Source: Mobula hypostoma (taxonomy: Eukaryota). Taken from it: a stretch of 64,000 bases of DNA. The translations under genes were made by a program, and so were the position numbers. This document shows positions 61,335 through 64,000 of the stretch, in pieces. The DNA is taken from assembly GCF_963921235.1 (NCBI RefSeq), contig NC_086108.1, positions 95,978,001 to 96,042,000 of the forward strand, in the 5' to 3' direction. The first letter of the stretch is position 1. Each line of letters starts with the position of its first letter. The notes under the pieces were generated by a model. The model was not told the origin of the DNA, did not search any database, and worked only from the letters and a program-made list of their open reading frames with translations.

Positions 61335-62250
61335 TGAAAAGGCAAAGAGTTTAAGGAGGAATCTGCTAGGAGAGGAGAGAGGACTATGGGAAAATTAGAA
61401 GTAGGGCATCAGAGGGGAGGTGATGAGCAGGTAAGCGGAGAGCCAGAATGGGGAAAAAAAGAGAAGGGGAAGGGGAGAGAAATTAATGAGGTTAGAGAAA
61501 TTGATGTTCATGCCATCAGGTTGGAGGCTATCCACATGGAATGAGGTGTTGCTTTTCCAACCTGGGAGTAGCCTTATTGTGGTTGTAGAGGGTACCACAG
61601 AACAGCTTGCCAGAATGGGAATGGGCAATGGAATTAAAATGGATGCCAATAGGCAAAGCCCACCTTCTTATGGTGGATGGAGTGAAGGTTCTCAACAAAG
61701 TGCCCCAATCTATCAAGCACTGGATACAGCCCTGACAGACTCGGAGGTGAAGTGTCACATCAGCAGAAAGGATTAAATGGGGTCCTATATAGTGGCGAGG
61801 GAGGAGCAGGTGTAGCACTCGTCTTCCTTACAGGGTTAAGTACCTGAAGGGATCGGGTTTGGATGAGAGGACATGGGAATTATGTAGAGAGTGATCCCTG
61901 CAGATAGCATGGGGTGGGGAGGGGAGGAAAAAGTGTTTAGTAGTAGGACCTCGTTGAAGATAGTGAAAGTTACAGATAATTATGTGCTGAATGCAGAGGC
62001 TTATGGGGTAGGCAAGGACAAGGGGAAATCTAAACCTGTTATGGTGGCCAGGAGGTGGTGAGTGCAGATGTCCAGGAACTGGAGGAGATCCAGGTAGCAT
62101 CAATAGTAGAGAAAGGGAATGCTGTTCCTTGAAGGAGGACATCTCAGACATTCTGGAATGGAAAGCCTTGCCCTGAGAACAGATGTGGTAGAGACAGAGG
62201 AAGTGAGAGAAGGGAATAGCATTTTCACAAGTGACAGGGTGAGAAGTAGC
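61335..62250 (-). mobile_element. Old degenerate Penelope-like fragment (GIY-YIG region)
   Basis: Collinear with 31080-31900 (atgccatcaggttggaggcta, gaaagcc...ctgagaacagatg). Confidence 0.8.
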
Positions 62251-63322
62251 AATAGTCTAAGGAATCAATTAAACACAAGAAAGAGGCTGAAATCCGGATC
62301 TTGATGCTCAACAGGATTGTGAAAGCCACAAACATCAAAAGCATTGATGTACTTATTGTTTCAATTAGACCCATCTTTTGAGGGTAACACAAGAGTTAAA
62401 AGGGATATAGATAGTGCTTTGAATCCTTAAGCAGAAACGCATGATGAAATAAAGAGAAAAGGCTTCATAGCTTCCTATAACAATAACAAAACTAACCCAA
62501 CAATAAAACCATTGGGACAAACACAAACCCATGCCCCTTCCTTGGAAAAATATTACTCTCAGCCTCTCCTCCCTTTCTAACCACTTAACCTCAACAGTTG
62601 GTAGTCCAAAGTTATCAAGATTACCACATTGTAGGCTAAATAGCCTGTCCCATGCTGCATTGTTCTATGTTCATGTCATCTTTAAAACCACCATCTATCT
62701 CACACACAATAACATCAATCATTGGTGTAGCATCCAGCATGATGCCAGGAAATGCTTCTCACCTTTCTCATGAATGTTATATTAAAAGGATTTTTTCTAT
62801 TGCTTTGCTAACTCTTATCATTACCCTTATTAGTCTGCCCAAAATGTCACACCTCACACTTATCTGGATGAAATTAAAATTAGTCCCACTATCCTGCAAA
62901 TTGGAAAGATACTAAGCACGAAAATAGAAAGCTCAAGATGAAACCCAGGCTTTTCACAAGTGGACCTTTGGTTATCAAATACACTGCAAGTGTTCAAGGT
63001 GATGGAGTATTTAATAATACAATTGTGAAAAATATGATAACAACATTTAAAAAATTTCCCGTAGGAAATTCAACATTGCAGTTGAAACAACAAAGATTTC
63101 TCCAGGAATATACAACTACCCCTCCCTTGTCCTGCCTTATTAGTGTCTTGAGAAAGAAATTCTAGGATTCCTCCAAAACAATGGTTCAGAACCTGGCATC
63201 CTTGGTTAATGGCATTGGTCCATGGCATAAAAGGAGTTGGAAAACCCAGCTCCAAAATGAGGTGATACTATTTGACGTCAACCCAATGATCAACTTTGAG
63301 TTCAACTAAGATTATTCTAATT

Positions 63323-64000
63323 CAGGGGTCCCTAATCTTCTTTGCACCGCGGACCGGTTTAATATTGACAATATTCTTGCGGACCGGCCGACCAGGGCCA
63401 GGGGTGGGGGGGGGGGGTGGTGGGTGTTAATCACGACCGGAATATAGGTGATAAGTCAACTATGAGTCACTTGTGGCTAATACACTCAATTTCATTTCTA
63501 AAAGGGTTTACCTAACAAATTTAATATTAAACACAACGCATATTTTCCTCGCATGACTATTGATAAGTCAATTATAAGTCAATAGCATCATAACATTTTA
63601 AGTTTAGATATTAAACACACAGCGCATATTTTCCTCTTATGAACATATAAAATCATTGCAACACACCAGTATTGCTGAATCAGCGGGAGCCCTGGACTTG
63701 TTTTCCTGCAACAATACGGTCCCATCGAGGGGTGATGGGAGACAGTGATACTCGAAGGGGGTTCCTTATGTCCAGTCTATTCCGCAATTTAGTTTTCGTT
63801 GCATTCATTGCAGCAAACTCTGCTTCGCAGAGATATGTTGGAAATGGAAGCCATGTTTTCAGTGCTTTCGTGGCTATCTCAGGATATTCAGCCTCGACTT
63901 TGATCCGGAATGCCAGCAGAGATGTTATGTCAAACATACTTTTCAGCCCACCATCATTTGCAAGCTCGAGGAGTTGATCTTTTTCTCGCACTGACATAGA
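63323..64000 (-). mobile_element. hAT (Charlie/Buster-type) DNA transposon 3' end with transposase C-terminal dimerization domain; runs off the window
   Basis: TIR CAGGGGTCCCTAA at 63323; ORF 63680..63997 EYPEIATKALK..LPFPTYLCEAEF..MNATKTKLRNRLD. Confidence 0.88.

Noticed and set aside
63680..63997. Domesticated hAT gene (ZBED5/SCAND3-like)
   Set aside because: A TIR is present at 63323 and conserved positions are decayed; this is a transposon copy.
54400..64000. Bromodomain 1 exons and the BRDT promoter
   Set aside because: No BD1 peptide seen on the minus strand; these presumably lie beyond the window.

Overview
Eukaryotic, repeat-rich vertebrate DNA. The repeat landscape (CR1 with esterase ORF1, HE1/V-type SINE, Neptune-type Penelope elements, Rex1, Hero) suggests a cartilaginous fish, probably a ray (inference). 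One host gene crosses the window on the minus strand: a BET-family bromodomain gene, most likely BRDT. Eight exons splice in phase, running from the BD1-BD2 linker (about 54376-54177) through bromodomain 2, the basic/coiled-coil region and the ET domain to the Ser-rich SEED exon (7169-7033). The BD1 exons lie beyond the right edge. Introns are packed with often nested transposons. Most notable observations: (1) a near-intact full-length CR1 whose ORF1/ORF2 junction has a correctly phased U_UUA_AAC slippery site and an AUG-less -1 ORF2, suggesting programmed -1 frameshifting; (2) Penelope-like insertions with inverted pseudo-LTRs, 14-15 bp target duplications and minimal hammerhead motifs, including a 98-bp hammerhead-centred mini-insertion; (3) two different Rex1-like LINEs inserted within about 10 nt of the same position in two copies of one Tc1-like MITE; (4) a BRDT exon end where a splice donor overlaps an in-frame stop followed by AATAAA, a possible short/long isoform switch. 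No prokaryotic systems, CRISPR arrays or genuine tRNA/rRNA genes were found. Repeat boundaries are approximate unless a TSD is quoted.
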